DNA of 52,792 nt from contig JBNGIO010005929.1 of NCBI GenBank assembly GCA_049999805.1, positions 82,040 to 134,831 on the forward strand. The letters are read 5' to 3'. Made by a program: the position numbers and the translations under genes. Position 1 is the stretch's first letter. Each line of letters opens with the position of its first letter. This DNA is from Folioceros fuciformis. Taxonomy: Eukaryota. Shown in pieces: positions 1 through 12,769 of this stretch. The notes under the pieces are model-generated. The model saw only the letters and a program-made list of their open reading frames with translations, searched no databases and was not told the origin of the DNA.

Positions 1-75
1 TGCCCAGGATGCTCTAGTCAGTATCCAGTCATAGAGTCTTAGGTGCTATGTTTCCCATACAGCAACAGCATGACA
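1..75. mobile_element. Terminal 75 bp of an LTR, same family as the solo LTR at 42927-43761
   Basis: Matches 43687-43761 with one mismatch. Similarity ends just after ...CATGACA, a canonical LTR CA terminus. Confidence 0.75.
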
Positions 76-1065
76 GGCACCTGCCTCTTGCTTAGGATCT
101 TGTATCCTTACAAAGAGTGTAAACTGCCATAATCCGACTTTTCTCCACGGAAAAAAAAACCTTTGTCACTAATAGACTTGTGCCCTTGTGCCCTCGAATT
201 AAATGGGGAGAGACACTTGTTACAACGCTAGATCACCCACATCACAATTCATGGTGCTAGGGTGATGATGTTTCAAAAAACCTACATGAAGCTTGTCAAA
301 CAATCTAAGAATCAAACCAACTAAGAATGTCCAAGAAAGGTTAATGTGCTAAGTGGTGTGCAAAACATGAAGAGAGGATGCGAAAAGCCAGCCATGGCTT
401 CAATATCAACAGGAAGTGTAGTTTTCAATGGTTTCCGTATCACAATGTAAACCTGAAATGACTCGCAACATATGTGCAAAATTTTGATCTGGCTCTCATA
501 TGGATAAAAGTAAAATTCTTCATCTGTTTATCCCTCGTCTAAATATGATCCTGAAGAGACTCAACACGTGCTTAGGACTGTGAACGGTCGTCCATGTGGA
601 CAGCGTAAAACTCATCACAGTACATGAGGCACGACATTACACAGCTGTGATGAAGCAGCAAGCTTTCATCCGCAACCGGGCAGTCACGGAGTCATGTACG
701 GCGCGGCAGGTAAGGGAATTTCATGACGGGAATTCCACCACCCATGACTACACGAATTGGGGAGAGCACGCTGCCAGAACCTCCGGCAGCTTTCTACTAA
801 CCATTCAATTCGATGGCGGCCCGATTCATTTGTCCTTACAAGACGTCGGCAAGGGCAAGTTCGAGCCCACTTGGCTGGAACTTCTTGGGTGTTCCAGCAA
901 AGAATATTTCGGTCTGCAGAGGCTGATCACTGTAGGAAGTGATGCATGACAGAGCAGAGTTCCGGAATCCTGAACCGTTTTGCACCCCGTCTGTGAATGC
1001 CACAGAGGTGAGGGCTGTAGACCAGGGTCAGGGTCTCTGGGAGGTTTGCAGGAAGGTACCAACCA

Positions 1066-3666
1066 TCAAGTCACAGCATCGTCCGACAAAGCCTTCGTGC
1101 TCCAGGGATGGACACACATCTGGGAGGCAGCGTCGTGCCGCCAGATTGGCGTTTGCCGCAGTGTGCCATTCAGCATGAGCTCCCCGCAGTCGACTGAGAA
1201 GCTAGTGGATGCTCTGCACCTGCTTATAGCTTCATGTGCTTGCTGGACGGAGGGCAATGGGGTCCAAGGGAAGAGGTTGGCAGACAGAGCAATGACATGC
1301 AAGCCATTGTCGTAGGCACAGCCTGACGTTTTGGACCATTTCTCCCCCTGCAGCCCACAGAGGATAGCATTCAGGCTCTCCTCTTCTGTGATGTTGGCTG
1401 CCACTGCGAAGTTCAGTACAGCTTCCAGAGCTTGGATGGTGGCCCTTTCGGCCCTGGCGAAGAGGAACCGGAGGTCGAACTGCTTGAGGGCATCCGGGGG
1501 TGGGTCCTCCTCGTAAAGCACGCTNNNNNNNNNNNNNNNNNNNNNNNNNNNNNNNNNNNNNNNNNNNNNNNNNNNNNNNNNNNNNNNNNNNNNNNNNNNN
1601 NNNNNNNNNNNNNNNNNNNNNNNNGGAGAGCACCACTGCCATACGAGAGGAGGAAGGGGCGGGGATCTCGGACCCAGTACAGCCCTGGATCAGTCAGCAC
1701 CACATGCTTCCCCTGCTTCAGCAGATGCAAAACTGCCGGCAACACAGGGAGAAGCTCCGGCTCGCAGAAAGGATCAGTGTCGCAGTTGATGTCGGCAAAG
1801 TTTTCCTCCCTCCTCAAAGGCTCCATGTACACGGCCAGGCCCAGCGTGAAGGCATATCGGTACAGCTCCTCATCCAGGGCGGATACCAGTAGGGTGATGT
1901 GCATCTCCTTCAACCTGCAAGCCAAGTTTGCCACCATCTCCTTCTCCCTCCCAGTTCCCACAGCCAACACCACAGTGCCATTCTCATCCTCCACATGTGG
2001 GAGCAGGTCTTCCATCATGAGAGGAAAGCCAGGAGTACGTAACCCCCTCTCCTTGGGAATCAACTCCACTCCCACTTCGATCTCCTGAGGAACATTCCCA
2101 CAATAGATGCCCTTCCCATGGACCTCCATCCCGTTCTGCGTCCGCTCAGCCTCCACACTGTAGCTGCAACGACAAGTCCCCGCCTTCAGGTGGTACATGA
2201 GGCACAACCCCCCTTCCGAGACCTCTGCACATGGCAGCAGCTTCCAGGGCAAATGCAACGACATTCCCATCTGCTCCCGAAACGACCCACTCAACCTGGA
2301 CAAAAAAATATTGGCATCCGCTTCATAGTTGGTCCTCTTATTCGAGCTCCAGAAGTTCTTCACTCCCCTGGCCTCAGCAAACGAGGACGACGCGATGTCG
2401 TTGGCCTCCGTCAGATGGGCATAGGAGTGCGAAACATGGATGGCAGTCAAAGCCGTCGACGCATCCACCACCATCCGGCTTCCACTATGCAGCATCTCAT
2501 GAGTCATCCAATTATCATACCTCCCTCTCCCGTACGCAAAAGGCGGCATCTGCGTCTCAAACAAGGGAGGAGAATTCGGCCCTCCATTCCAAGCCCAAAA
2601 ATCCAAGCCACCATGAGTATGCAACGTCCCCTGCTCAGCCACAAACCGCCCGACATCCCGATCCGTCACAACCTCTTGGGTCTCCCTATGCTGCCACTGC
2701 CATTGCCACTGCCACTGCCACTCCCACGCTGCCTCAGCCCCGTCCTCGTCACCATCCCACCGCCCACCATCTCCTCCTCCTCCAGAAACATTCCTCTCGA
2801 ATCCCGCCCCTTCCCTCTCCGACAGCGAGAAGGGGAAATGGATGACGTCCCACCGGTTCCCCGTCACGACCCAATGGCGAAACCTGGAACCCACCTTCTG
2901 TAGAACAGGGAGAAAGTCATGGAGGAAGTAGATATCCGCATTGCTGAGCACATAAATCCCGGGGGAAGCAGCCCTTGCCACAGCCGCCTGCACCCGGGCC
3001 ACCACAGAATGGAACTGCGGGATTCCCAAAAAATTGTGATCAATCTCAGGCTCCACAGACACCTTTCCGGGAGGAAAAAGACGAGCAACTTCGTGGAAAG
3101 AGGGATGGTCTCCCAGCAGCACCACCTCCTTCACCGGCCTCAGCCGAACCCAGGACCGCAGTGCCTGCACCTGCCGCTCCCTCGCCTCCCCCACAAACGG
3201 CTTGGCGGCTGTGAAGAAGAAGATGGGCAGATCCCGATCAACCGCCATTGCCTCCGAGAGCCCGTCGCTGTCATGCAATCTCCGGGCACCTTTCGATCGG
3301 CCCTCCACATGGCCCCAGGGGCTCCAGAAGCAGAGGCCGCGCTCCAATGCGCCGGCTGGCCGGCCATCCGAGCTCTGCACTGCCCAGAAGAGCAGCACCT
3401 GGATCCCTGTCCCCACCGCAATCCGATCCCGTCACGACCGACCCGACAGAACCAAAACTAGACTGGATGCCATTCTCACGTTCATACGTAACAGGAGAGA
3501 AAAGCAAAACAGAAACCGAAGGTGCACGTTCGCAGGCACCTGCGCAGAGGAGGAGAGCGAGCGCAACCCCGACACTCACGCCCCGGGCCGGGAGGCGGCC
3601 GGAACGGTGCTGTTCAGCCGCCTTGGCGGATTCGTGGATCCTTCGGACACCATCCCCGGTAGCCAT
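1066..3666 (-). CDS. RAY1-like nucleotide-diphospho-sugar transferase (GT77-related, type II membrane), 2 exons, interrupted by an assembly gap
   Basis: Exon 1 3666-3540 plus a GT-AG intron 3539-3407 builds a TM anchor (VALALLLCAGIQVLLFW). Motifs FTAAKPF..RQVQALRSW, EPEIDHNFLGIPQFHS, MPPFAYGRGRYDNW and C-terminal IWRHDAASQMCV resemble Arabidopsis RAY1. The frame continues at 1066-1521 after the N gap. Confidence 0.8.
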
Positions 3667-3795
3667 GGGGCTCGCGTGCAGCAGCAGGACGCTGCATTTG
3701 CAAAATGCAGCCTGTGGGCTCGGGGTCAGGATTCTCCAAAGCCTCAAGCCACTGAAGTGCGTTGCCCGGGCTGGTTGGCACCAACGTCCGCTGCC

Positions 3796-4607
3796 ATGGG
3801 CCTGGACTTCTCTGTTCTCGCTTCCTCGAGATCCTCGCCCCTATGTCATGGCAGGCGCCGCCTTCTGCCACCGCACAACGGCGCTTCCATTATTCAACCG
3901 CCGTCTCCGATCCAGTCAACGACGTCTAATATGTACAGTATGCGTGAGGAGATCACCTACCAACCACACAGCAAGAAGGAAGACGTCTCACTGAGAACGG
4001 TGCGCCGCGTCTCGAGACGACTCGCAGCTCGGTGGTGGGATTGGTGATGATTAAGTGTGTCGGCAGCGCCCGTCATCTGCATGCCCTGAGATTTACTTAG
4101 GATGGCGTGGTGGGTACGAAAACGGGAAGGACTCTCAAGGGACAACACGAGGCACGGATACAGCTCATTACTGTGCACATTACAATACAAGAGGGGTTTA
4201 AGACCCCAAAAGAATTAGAGGAGGACGTCGGTGCTCTTGCTTACAAAACACTCTACTCTCGATTTCTCCTTCACAGCCCAAAAAGCGGCGGCGGCGGCGG
4301 CGGCGACGACGGCGGCAGCAACCTGCGTACCAGGAGACAGCTATCCTATGGCTTCCGTCCACCCAAGGCTGGAGATGAGACCTCAATACTGAATAATGGT
4401 ACAGTACCTGGTCAAGGCGCCAGGCAAAAGGCGAAAGCCAGCCCACCTTCTGCTGAGAGGCCTGTAGAGGAGGTGAAATCGCCTCCGCGCATCCGTATCC
4501 CAGGTTTCTGGAGGAGCAATATGGTGGGCGAGTGGTATACCCACCCTCTCCTTGAGTCCGAAGTCCAGATGATGTCTGCAAGTGGTGATGGTTTTCGCAG
4601 CAGATAA
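3796..4607 (+). CDS. Hypothetical 2-exon protein, no recognised domain
   Basis: CCATGG start at 3796. A phase-0 GT-AG intron 4000-4100 (101 nt) joins two open frames. No homology recognised. Confidence 0.3.
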
Positions 4608-4720
4608 TTGCCTGAGTTACTAATAGGCTTGCAAACTCCAGCAAGTACCCGCTCCGGAGAAGACGGAATTCCAACCTCGGCCAGCCTGTTGCACTACCAA
4701 GACGATCCCAAGCTTAGACG

Positions 4721-7700
4721 TTATCTGAACATATCCGATGAAAATGCCTCGCTACTCTTGTCTGGAGTGGGAGAGGGAGCTTTAATCTTGACATTTTTGC
4801 TCCGATCGGGGGACCCGAATTTACTCCTGTCCGGAGAGGCAAGTGCCAGCACCCGTCCCTTGATCTGCTTGATGCCAGCTTCCACCCTTGCAGACAGTCC
4901 AATGGACGTGCGCTGTACAGCCTTCTTCCTTTCTCGCGACCACATCTCTGGATCCTTGTTGTGCTTGTCCAGGTAGTGAATCTCTTGGATGACGTGGTGG
5001 TCCAGTGGCTTGAATGCCCTTTGAACAACGGCGAAGGCAAAGTAGGGGAGGAGACAAGCCACGGTAATCATCAGTGTACTTATCCAGAAGGACGATGATG
5101 GTGCCAGGGTCTCCGTGAACACCTTATAAGCCGTCGTGGAGGCGTTTGGACTGAGACTTCCATATACCACCATGAAGACATACCAAGCTGCAATACTGCC
5201 CCAGATAACGAAATGCTGGATCCATGTGAAGTAACCGATGACCAGTGCCAGTTGTGCGTTGACAGCCCAGATGACCACTGTGTACATGGCAGCCCCTAGA
5301 ACCTCCAAGTCTGTAGTTTGCCCGTTCGCTCTAAATGCTTGAGGCAAGAAGGTGCGGACGACAAACCAGTACAAGATGACAGAGCTGTACAGCCCATTGA
5401 ACATCCATCCAAGAATGCGGGACCAGTTAAAAAACATGTTGCTTGGACCCTGCTGGTATATAGCTGGGAACTGCACAAACCAGTCACACATGAGAAACTG
5501 GAGAGAGCACATCATACAAGAAACCAATACCCTTAGTTATTTCAACTGTTAGACAGCTCAAGCCAGCTTGTGTAAAAGTAAAAGGAGATACCTGCATGCA
5601 CACTTTTGACGATATGTCTTGCTCAAACACACCCAGGGCAATTACTGGCAAAGAAGTGAAAATGACATTGAAGAGTGACATAAACCAATCATTATACAAT
5701 GTCTGCCCCGAGAACATGGTATAGGCCTCGAAGTAGAATATAGTCAGACCAAAGGTTATGTTCTTGTAGAAGAAGTAACAAATCTGTAAGCCGACCACAA
5801 TAGCATTAGCACACGAGCATCAAGAGTCCTCGAGAATTATTACGACCAACGCAGGAAACACATACTCAAATGAATGTCCTTACCATCAGTGCAATTCGCC
5901 GGTAACACCAATGTCCATGGACAACCAGCAAACGTTCCAAAAATCGAAATTGCGCAATGGCAAAGTCACTGGCCATAACTGCCTGCAAATTGTTCCAAAA
6001 TCCAGAGAGCAAGTCAAGACACAACGTGACAAAACAACCTGACGACAGCAAGGCAAGCAAGCAGAGCCATAACCCCTCTCAATATGCTAGAGAAGGCAGG
6101 ATAGCTTCACAGCCAAGCGAAGGACAGTAGGAACTATCCTTCACTGACCTGCATCCCTTCCACACCGCTGATGCCAATACCAATATCAGCCTCTTGGATC
6201 ATGCCTACATCATTCGCTCCGTCACCAATGCCCAGCGTGGTGCGACCAGTACCTTCTTTAACAAGTCGAGTCACCTATAAATCGAATGCAGATCCATAAG
6301 CACTCAGCATCACACAACTGACAGCCACCAGGTCTAAGGAACCACCATATCTACTTTTAGCAACAGCAACCTCAAGGTACAAGTGCAAGAAGCAAGCTTA
6401 CCAAGGCCTTCTGTTTCGGGGACACTCGACAGCAGACCACAGAGGCACATTTAACCGCCAGGGCAAGGAACTTCTTTTTCATGTCATTTTCCAACGCGTA
6501 AGTCAGAGACTTGCCATCGATAATAAGAGCAAAAGCTGAATCGATGTTCTCATTCTTCTCGATCAAGTCCGCTCCTGCACTAATCTGATTAACTACACTC
6601 TCCCTGCTGACCTGCAAATCGATTGGACGAGTCAGTAACATCACACGCAATGACATGCTTAATAAAACTGAAACTCTGAGATGAAGAGTGTACCTTGGCG
6701 ATATTATCCTTGTCCCCAAATTCCTCTGCTCGATTCACGTCTGGCGTGTCCAGACTGATAATGATTTGCTGCATACCCTGACGCAAAAGACTGCAGGCAA
6801 ACCTGTAGATCCCAAGCACACATCTTGTTCAGGGACACTTCAAAGCATACTCTATACTAGAAGGAGATGCATCTCATGGGGTAGACGACAGACCCAATAT
6901 TGATGGCTGTCTCCACCTTGTCCCCAGTTAGCACCCAGATTTTGAGACCAGCTTGAGCTAATCGGTCAATACACTCGGGGACCTGAAATGATGAGAAAAT
7001 GTGAGCTCACTCCACAAAAACCATTCCAAGAGGTTGGCAGATGTTGACCAGATTGTGACAAAGTGACTACATGTCTACCCACCCCTTTCTGCAATTTGTC
7101 CTCAACTGCTGTGGCTCCAACAAGAATGAGATCCCTCTCCACCAACTCCGATGCAGCATCCACCTTCAGGTCATGGTCGGGACCAACAATCTGCTTGGCT
7201 TTCTGGAAAGTATTACTCCACTCCTCGTACTCCGTGGCACTCAGTTTCCTGTAAGCTAGAGCTAGAGTCCGGAGACCTGAATCACCGTACTGAGCCAAAT
7301 GTGCTTTTGTGTCTGTAGCATACATTTTGCCAGATGGTGCCAGCCTCTCAAAGATTACACTGCCCAAAGACAAAGAGGAGAGAGAATAAGAACCAATTGT
7401 TCTCCTCCATCCACCAAAATGCCTACACACAGGCACGAAGACTGTGCACACCAACCTGTCTGCTCCCTTGCAGAAGATCCAAATCTGATCATCCTCATCC
7501 TTCAGTACAACAGACATGCGCTTCCGTGTACTGTTGAACTCAAGAACATTCAGTATCTTGTACTCCCTGTTCCACCAGCACGTGCCTTCAGAACCTCATA
7601 CCGGGAAAGACGTTAACAGCACAACATGGGTCGAAAAGCTGAGCGAGAAGACCTCAGTGCCAGGTTTCTGTACACCAGAAATGATAGCGACCATCACGGG

Positions 7701-9770
7701 AGAGAGGGCCAGAACCCACAGCTTACCGTTTCACCTTTCTCCCCGAGCTGATGTCAGGTTCCCGGAGCTCAACTGAAGATTGCGTTCGTCTGTAAAATTC
7801 AAATCCAAATTCTCTGGCAGCTACAACAAAAGCAGCTTCATCTGGAGATTCTGCCTCATAGGTTACGACACCAGTCTCCTCGTCCGTGTCTGGAATAGCT
7901 GTATGGCAGACAGCAAGAATGCGGAAGAAAAGCTGGATGTTACCCGAGTTAGGTTCCCTGACCCAGTGACCATCCATAAGTCGAGAATCTCGAAAGCCAA
8001 AACCCTTGACATCAGGCCATGCATCGGCACCATTGCCACTATCAGCTTCCCCAGCAACAGCGGCATCGTCCAACTCCGAAACATCCTGCCCAAGCCTCTT
8101 GGCCGTGGCCCTTTCAACCTCAGTAACCCCACGGCCATATGCGATCCCTCCTATGGAGCATTTCAAAAAGTCCATCTGATTGCAAGTTAGCGTGCCTGTC
8201 TTGTCGGACAGGATGGTGTCCACCTGCCCAAGCTCCTCATTCAGGTTGGAAGTACGAGCTCGTGCAGGTGTATCTGTCTCCTCATGGTACATTTCAATGT
8301 CCTGGTTGATGAACATAGCCTGCAACACCTTCACGATCTCTATGGACACGTAGAGCGAGATAGGAATGAGGTAGCCGTAGAGAATGAGCGCTGTCACAAG
8401 ATGAAGGAGGGCAGACTCGGCCGCTCGACTGGGCTTGTAATAGATGTCAGTCTTGTCGGGCCTCAAATACCACATCTTGGGCATCTCGAAGTGCGTCCTC
8501 AAACCAAACACCACGGACCCAATCAACGAGATGAGCACCAGCACACCAAAGAGCATGTAGATGATAAGATCCATCTTTCGCTCAATGCGAGTCCTCTTGG
8601 AAGGTGGGTCCGTGGCGTTCATCATCACCTTCGTATCGTGTCCAGTAAAGATAACAGCCCCGTAGATGTGGTTGGTATTACGCAACTTAGAATCCCTGAG
8701 CAAAATCTGCTCAGGCCCCAGAGCAAAAGTGTTGCCCTGCGTCTCCAGGTTACCGATGAAGGTGTAGAGACTGGGGTTGGGGTCCTCACACCTGACGACA
8801 CCTTCGAAGGAGTTGAACTCGACTTGGTCATCCAGCTCCATGGTCCGTTCCAGGGACCGCTTCAGCTTCAAATTGGTCTCCCCGTCCAGGTTCATCGTCT
8901 CCACATAACATATCCCATCCGGATAGTTGGAGGACAACAAGAGCAGATCTGCCGGGAAGAACTGATCCTTCTCCACCATCACCACATCCCCCACCCGAAG
9001 CTTCTTCCACTGCCTCTGCAGGAACTCCCCGTTTCCCACATGGACCAGCACTTTCCGATTATTCACCCCATTATCCTACACCACACACACAGCACCACCG
9101 CCACTCACCCGTCAGCAACAGGCAAGCAGACAGACGCACTACATCCACGAGCGCAGCGAAACAGGCAGTCTCCAATCTACCTTTCCATCCATCCAGACAG
9201 AAGGTCCCAAACCTGCATAAACCGCTTCCAGTCTTCCAACGCCTCCTTGAGCATACTAACTCCGACGACGAAGACGAGAGGAGCGATCAAACTGGCGGGC
9301 TTGAACGGCGAGACGGGAGTCAAGGACAAGGCGGCAGCGAGGAGAAAGTAGAGATTCGCCACCCTCCGGAACTGCTCGAACAGCGACTTTGGAAAAAACG
9401 TGAAGACGTTGTACTTGGTGGTGGAGACGTAGTTGGTCCTGTACTTGTAAGGTTTGTGGCGATGTCTGTCGGAGTGATTGGCAAACACAACCCGCGAGAA
9501 ACCGGGGCCCCCGACCGACGCCGACTCCTGCGTCTCCACTCCACCCACGGGGCGCATGCAGCTGCCGTAAGAGTAGAGCTTGCTGAGCCTGATATTCTTG
9601 CGCGCCTTGGCATTCTTAGCCTTCCGGTCGGTGTCGGCCCGGGTGAGATTGTCGACATTCACCTCCACATCCCTCCTCTTCGACTCCGACACGAAGGCCC
9701 TGGACACCCTGGCCTCGACGGACTTGGCCGCCTTGCCGTCGTCCAGCAAGTGCGCCTCCACCTCCTTCAT
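4721..9770 (-). CDS. ALA: P4-type ATPase, aminophospholipid flippase (ALA family), multi-exon
   Basis: Motifs [51 protein letters not shown] (phospho-Asp), [27 protein letters not shown] and [13 protein letters not shown] introns of ~100 nt, e.g. 9212-9076. Confidence 0.97.
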
Positions 9771-10462
9771 CTCGGCGGCACGCGGGATCTCCGGTCCCTC
9801 CTCCTCCGAAACGGGATCCCTTCCCCTATCCCTTTTCCCTTCCCCCTCCCCTTTTCTATATAACCAAGACCTTCCTTTGGCACACTAGGTAGGCGCAAGA
9901 CAATAAACTCGGCCCCCGAGCAGGCGTGCGTCCGTGCTCCCAGGCGGGCAGCTACACCCCGGCGTCGTCCCAGCTCAAGGCCGTGGCTTCGCGGGCCGGC
10001 CAGGATCGGCCTCCGGCCACGCCATGTCCCACGATCTCACGCCCTCCTCCAATCCGGAGCTGAATCCGGCGCTCCCAGGGCAAAGATCCGGCAGTTTTGC
10101 TTGCTGATTCACTCTGCAGCGCCCACCCTCTCCTCCCTCCCTCCCTCTCCTTCACCCACTACTGGTGCCCTCCCCGCAGAGGACGGAGCACAAGAAGGCG
10201 GTTCCCGCAGCAGCACGAGGGAAAGAGCGATGGCCAGTGCAGGGAAGCAGGGAGGAGGCCAGGCGGCAAAGCCGCGTGCTGAGGCGGGAGGAGACGGGAC
10301 CGGAGGCCGAGACGTTGCTAATGCTGGTGCTGGTACTACTCTACTGCTGCTGCGGCTGCCACTACTGCGTTGTGGAGCTTCCGGGAGGATGGAGCGGGCA
10401 TGGTGCGCGACAAAAGAGAAATAATGGAAGCCAGAATTGCTGGACACTGGAGGAGGAGGCGA

Positions 10463-10650
10463 CCTGGCCTGGCTTGGCCTGGCCTGGCCGGGCTGGGCTG
10501 GCTTGGCCTGCAGCAATGACCTGTCGCCATGGCATTCGGCAAAGCTGCCGAGTATTCCGAAACCCAGAGGCCGGGCCCGAGGACCAGCCCAGCCCAGCCC
10601 CCCGGCGACCGGGCAGCCAGGCCAAGGCAAGGCAAGGCAAGGCAAGCCAG
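10463..10650. repeat. Pentamer microsatellite cluster (GGCCT/GGGCT and CCAGC/CAAGG)
   Basis: Visible tandem 5-mers upstream of the ALA gene. Confidence 0.7.
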
Positions 10651-12769
10651 CGAGTCTTCCTGCGGGCCTCCGGGCCTCCGGGCCCGCCCCCTGGCGTCAG
10701 AGGAACGTTTCACTCAGTGACATCAGGCTGATAGGAGCCACTGGAACCCGAGCGCGACTGGCTGAGCAGGTGGCGCCGGTCACCCGAGCCTGCTGTCCGT
10801 ACAGGGTGGGCCCACGGGGCCACTGCGGCGCTGGCAACGGCTAAGTGGAGGCCGGGGAGGCGGATCGGAGTGGAGCGGGAGGGAAGGAAGGAAGGAAAGA
10901 GAGAAGTGAATGCGTTTTTAAGTGCGGGCCCCACAAGGGATGTGGGTGTGGTGTGGAGGTATGCCGTTCGAGACTCCTTTTTAATCTTGGTGGTGGATTT
11001 CAAAGCGGCAGGCCTGGCCCATCAACGCGCTTTCACGCGCCGGCTTTCCACCAAGGCTTGGCCTGCCTTGCCTTGCTGCCTCATGCCTTCCGAATAATTA
11101 CAATTCATAAATTATACATTGAAAATTTCAATGCAGGCCAGAAGGCAGGGCAAACTAAGTGGGCGACACGACCCACACCTCTCTGGCTCGGCCACTCAGG
11201 CTGCTGCCATTCTTCCCATATCATTAAAAGCTTTTCTAGGCGTGGGTACAGTACCATTCCAATATGGATTCAAGAATTCCATATATAATAATTTATAAAT
11301 TTCTATTATAAGTTATGTGAATTCTCAATTATAAGTCATATGAGTTCCCATTATGAGTGGTGTAAGAGTTGAGTGCAATTTTATAAATCGTGGAAGAGTT
11401 GACTGCAATTTATGAGTTGAACACTGCAGAATATATATATATATATATATATTTACTCACTAATTTCGTTTCTTGTACATTTTTCTTCTCTGGGTCATGG
11501 TCTCCGAGGGTGGGACTGGAGACCGGGATACAAGAATGACCATGGTGGGGCCCACCCGGGGGGCGAGGGTGTAATGTGTGTACGAATCTGGTGGGTACCC
11601 TCGTGAAACACACAGACTATGTACACACNNNNNNNNNNNNNNNNNNNNNNNNNNNNNNNNNNNNNNNNNNNNNNNNNNNNNNNNNNNNNNNNNNNNNNNN
11701 NNNNNNNNNNNNNNNNNNNNNNNNNNNNGAGGTCATGCACGCAACGCTCTTTTGTAAGGTTTTTTCGTTGCGGGTTGGCATGAAACAGGGGCCACGGTAG
11801 AGAGGAAAGGGATTGCCTGCACACTGACTGCGATCAAGAATGTTCCATGGGCACCTTCCGGACGGACCCACACAGAGACGGGACACGTGTATGGGGATAT
11901 TTTGGGAACCCACACTTCTTGACTGACCTCAAACGGAAGGCCAGGTCGTGGACTCGGATCCGCCTTGTAGAACGAGGTGCTTGCAAGTGGATGTGCTGGG
12001 AGAGCTCCGAATTCCAGCTGTCATGGACTGGTTGGGATCCACGGCGCGGGCCTCCCTGTAGAGCGTTTGGCTGGATTTTTCTCCGAGTTCGTGGTAGGAG
12101 CTTCCTCGACCTGCAGGATGCCGGCAGAGGGGTAGTGGAGGGCCAGAATGCCATAAAGACTTCGGAGAAGATCCCGTCTTGCACCTGGGTGGGACTTTGT
12201 GAGTTGGTTCAGGTCGCCTGCAAGCGAAGAAAGTAGAGAGATCTCACATCAGCACGTGACTAACGGCTCATGATTGGAGGAGGGAAATCCCAGGTTAGGG
12301 ACAGGCTCGGACCTGAGGTGATGATACGTGACTTCTGGGAAGGCGCCTGCGAAATTATACCGCTGGTCCAGTGACGGCTTCGTCGCCCAGGAAGGTAACG
12401 TGGCTTCCAGATTTCACCTTGTCAGGTGGGCCGCTCCCACAGCCGGGAATAACCATGGGCATGTCGCCTGTTCCTGCAAGAGAAGGGACGCGGAAGGGAT
12501 GGGCTGGTGAAAAAACACATGGAGCCAATTGCGAGTAGGAAGGACAGGGTTTCTCGTCTGCAGCCAGAGCAGAATTGTATGATAACAGAGCCTGCGACAT
12601 GACTGTGACCAGCTGCTGAAAAATGAAAGCCTACGGTATCAGCAGCAGCAGCAGGATGCGAGAGTAGGTACTTCTCCGAGGAGGAGAGGTGCATACTTCC
12701 TTCCAAGAGATGATCCTGAAGAAAGTGGGAAGTTCCCGGTCGGGAGACTGCTGGGTGGGGTGCCGTTGT

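Noticed and set aside
1525-1624. Frame changes in the RAY1-like gene, and in MTN at 29535-29634
   Set aside because: They coincide with 100-N placeholder gaps, so they are assembly artefacts rather than frameshifts.
8284-9351. 355-aa + strand ORF, and similar shadows such as 35489-36514
   Set aside because: Antisense shadows of real GC-rich coding exons.
11733-12700. Short ORFs next to an assembly gap
   Set aside because: No recognisable protein or TE motif.
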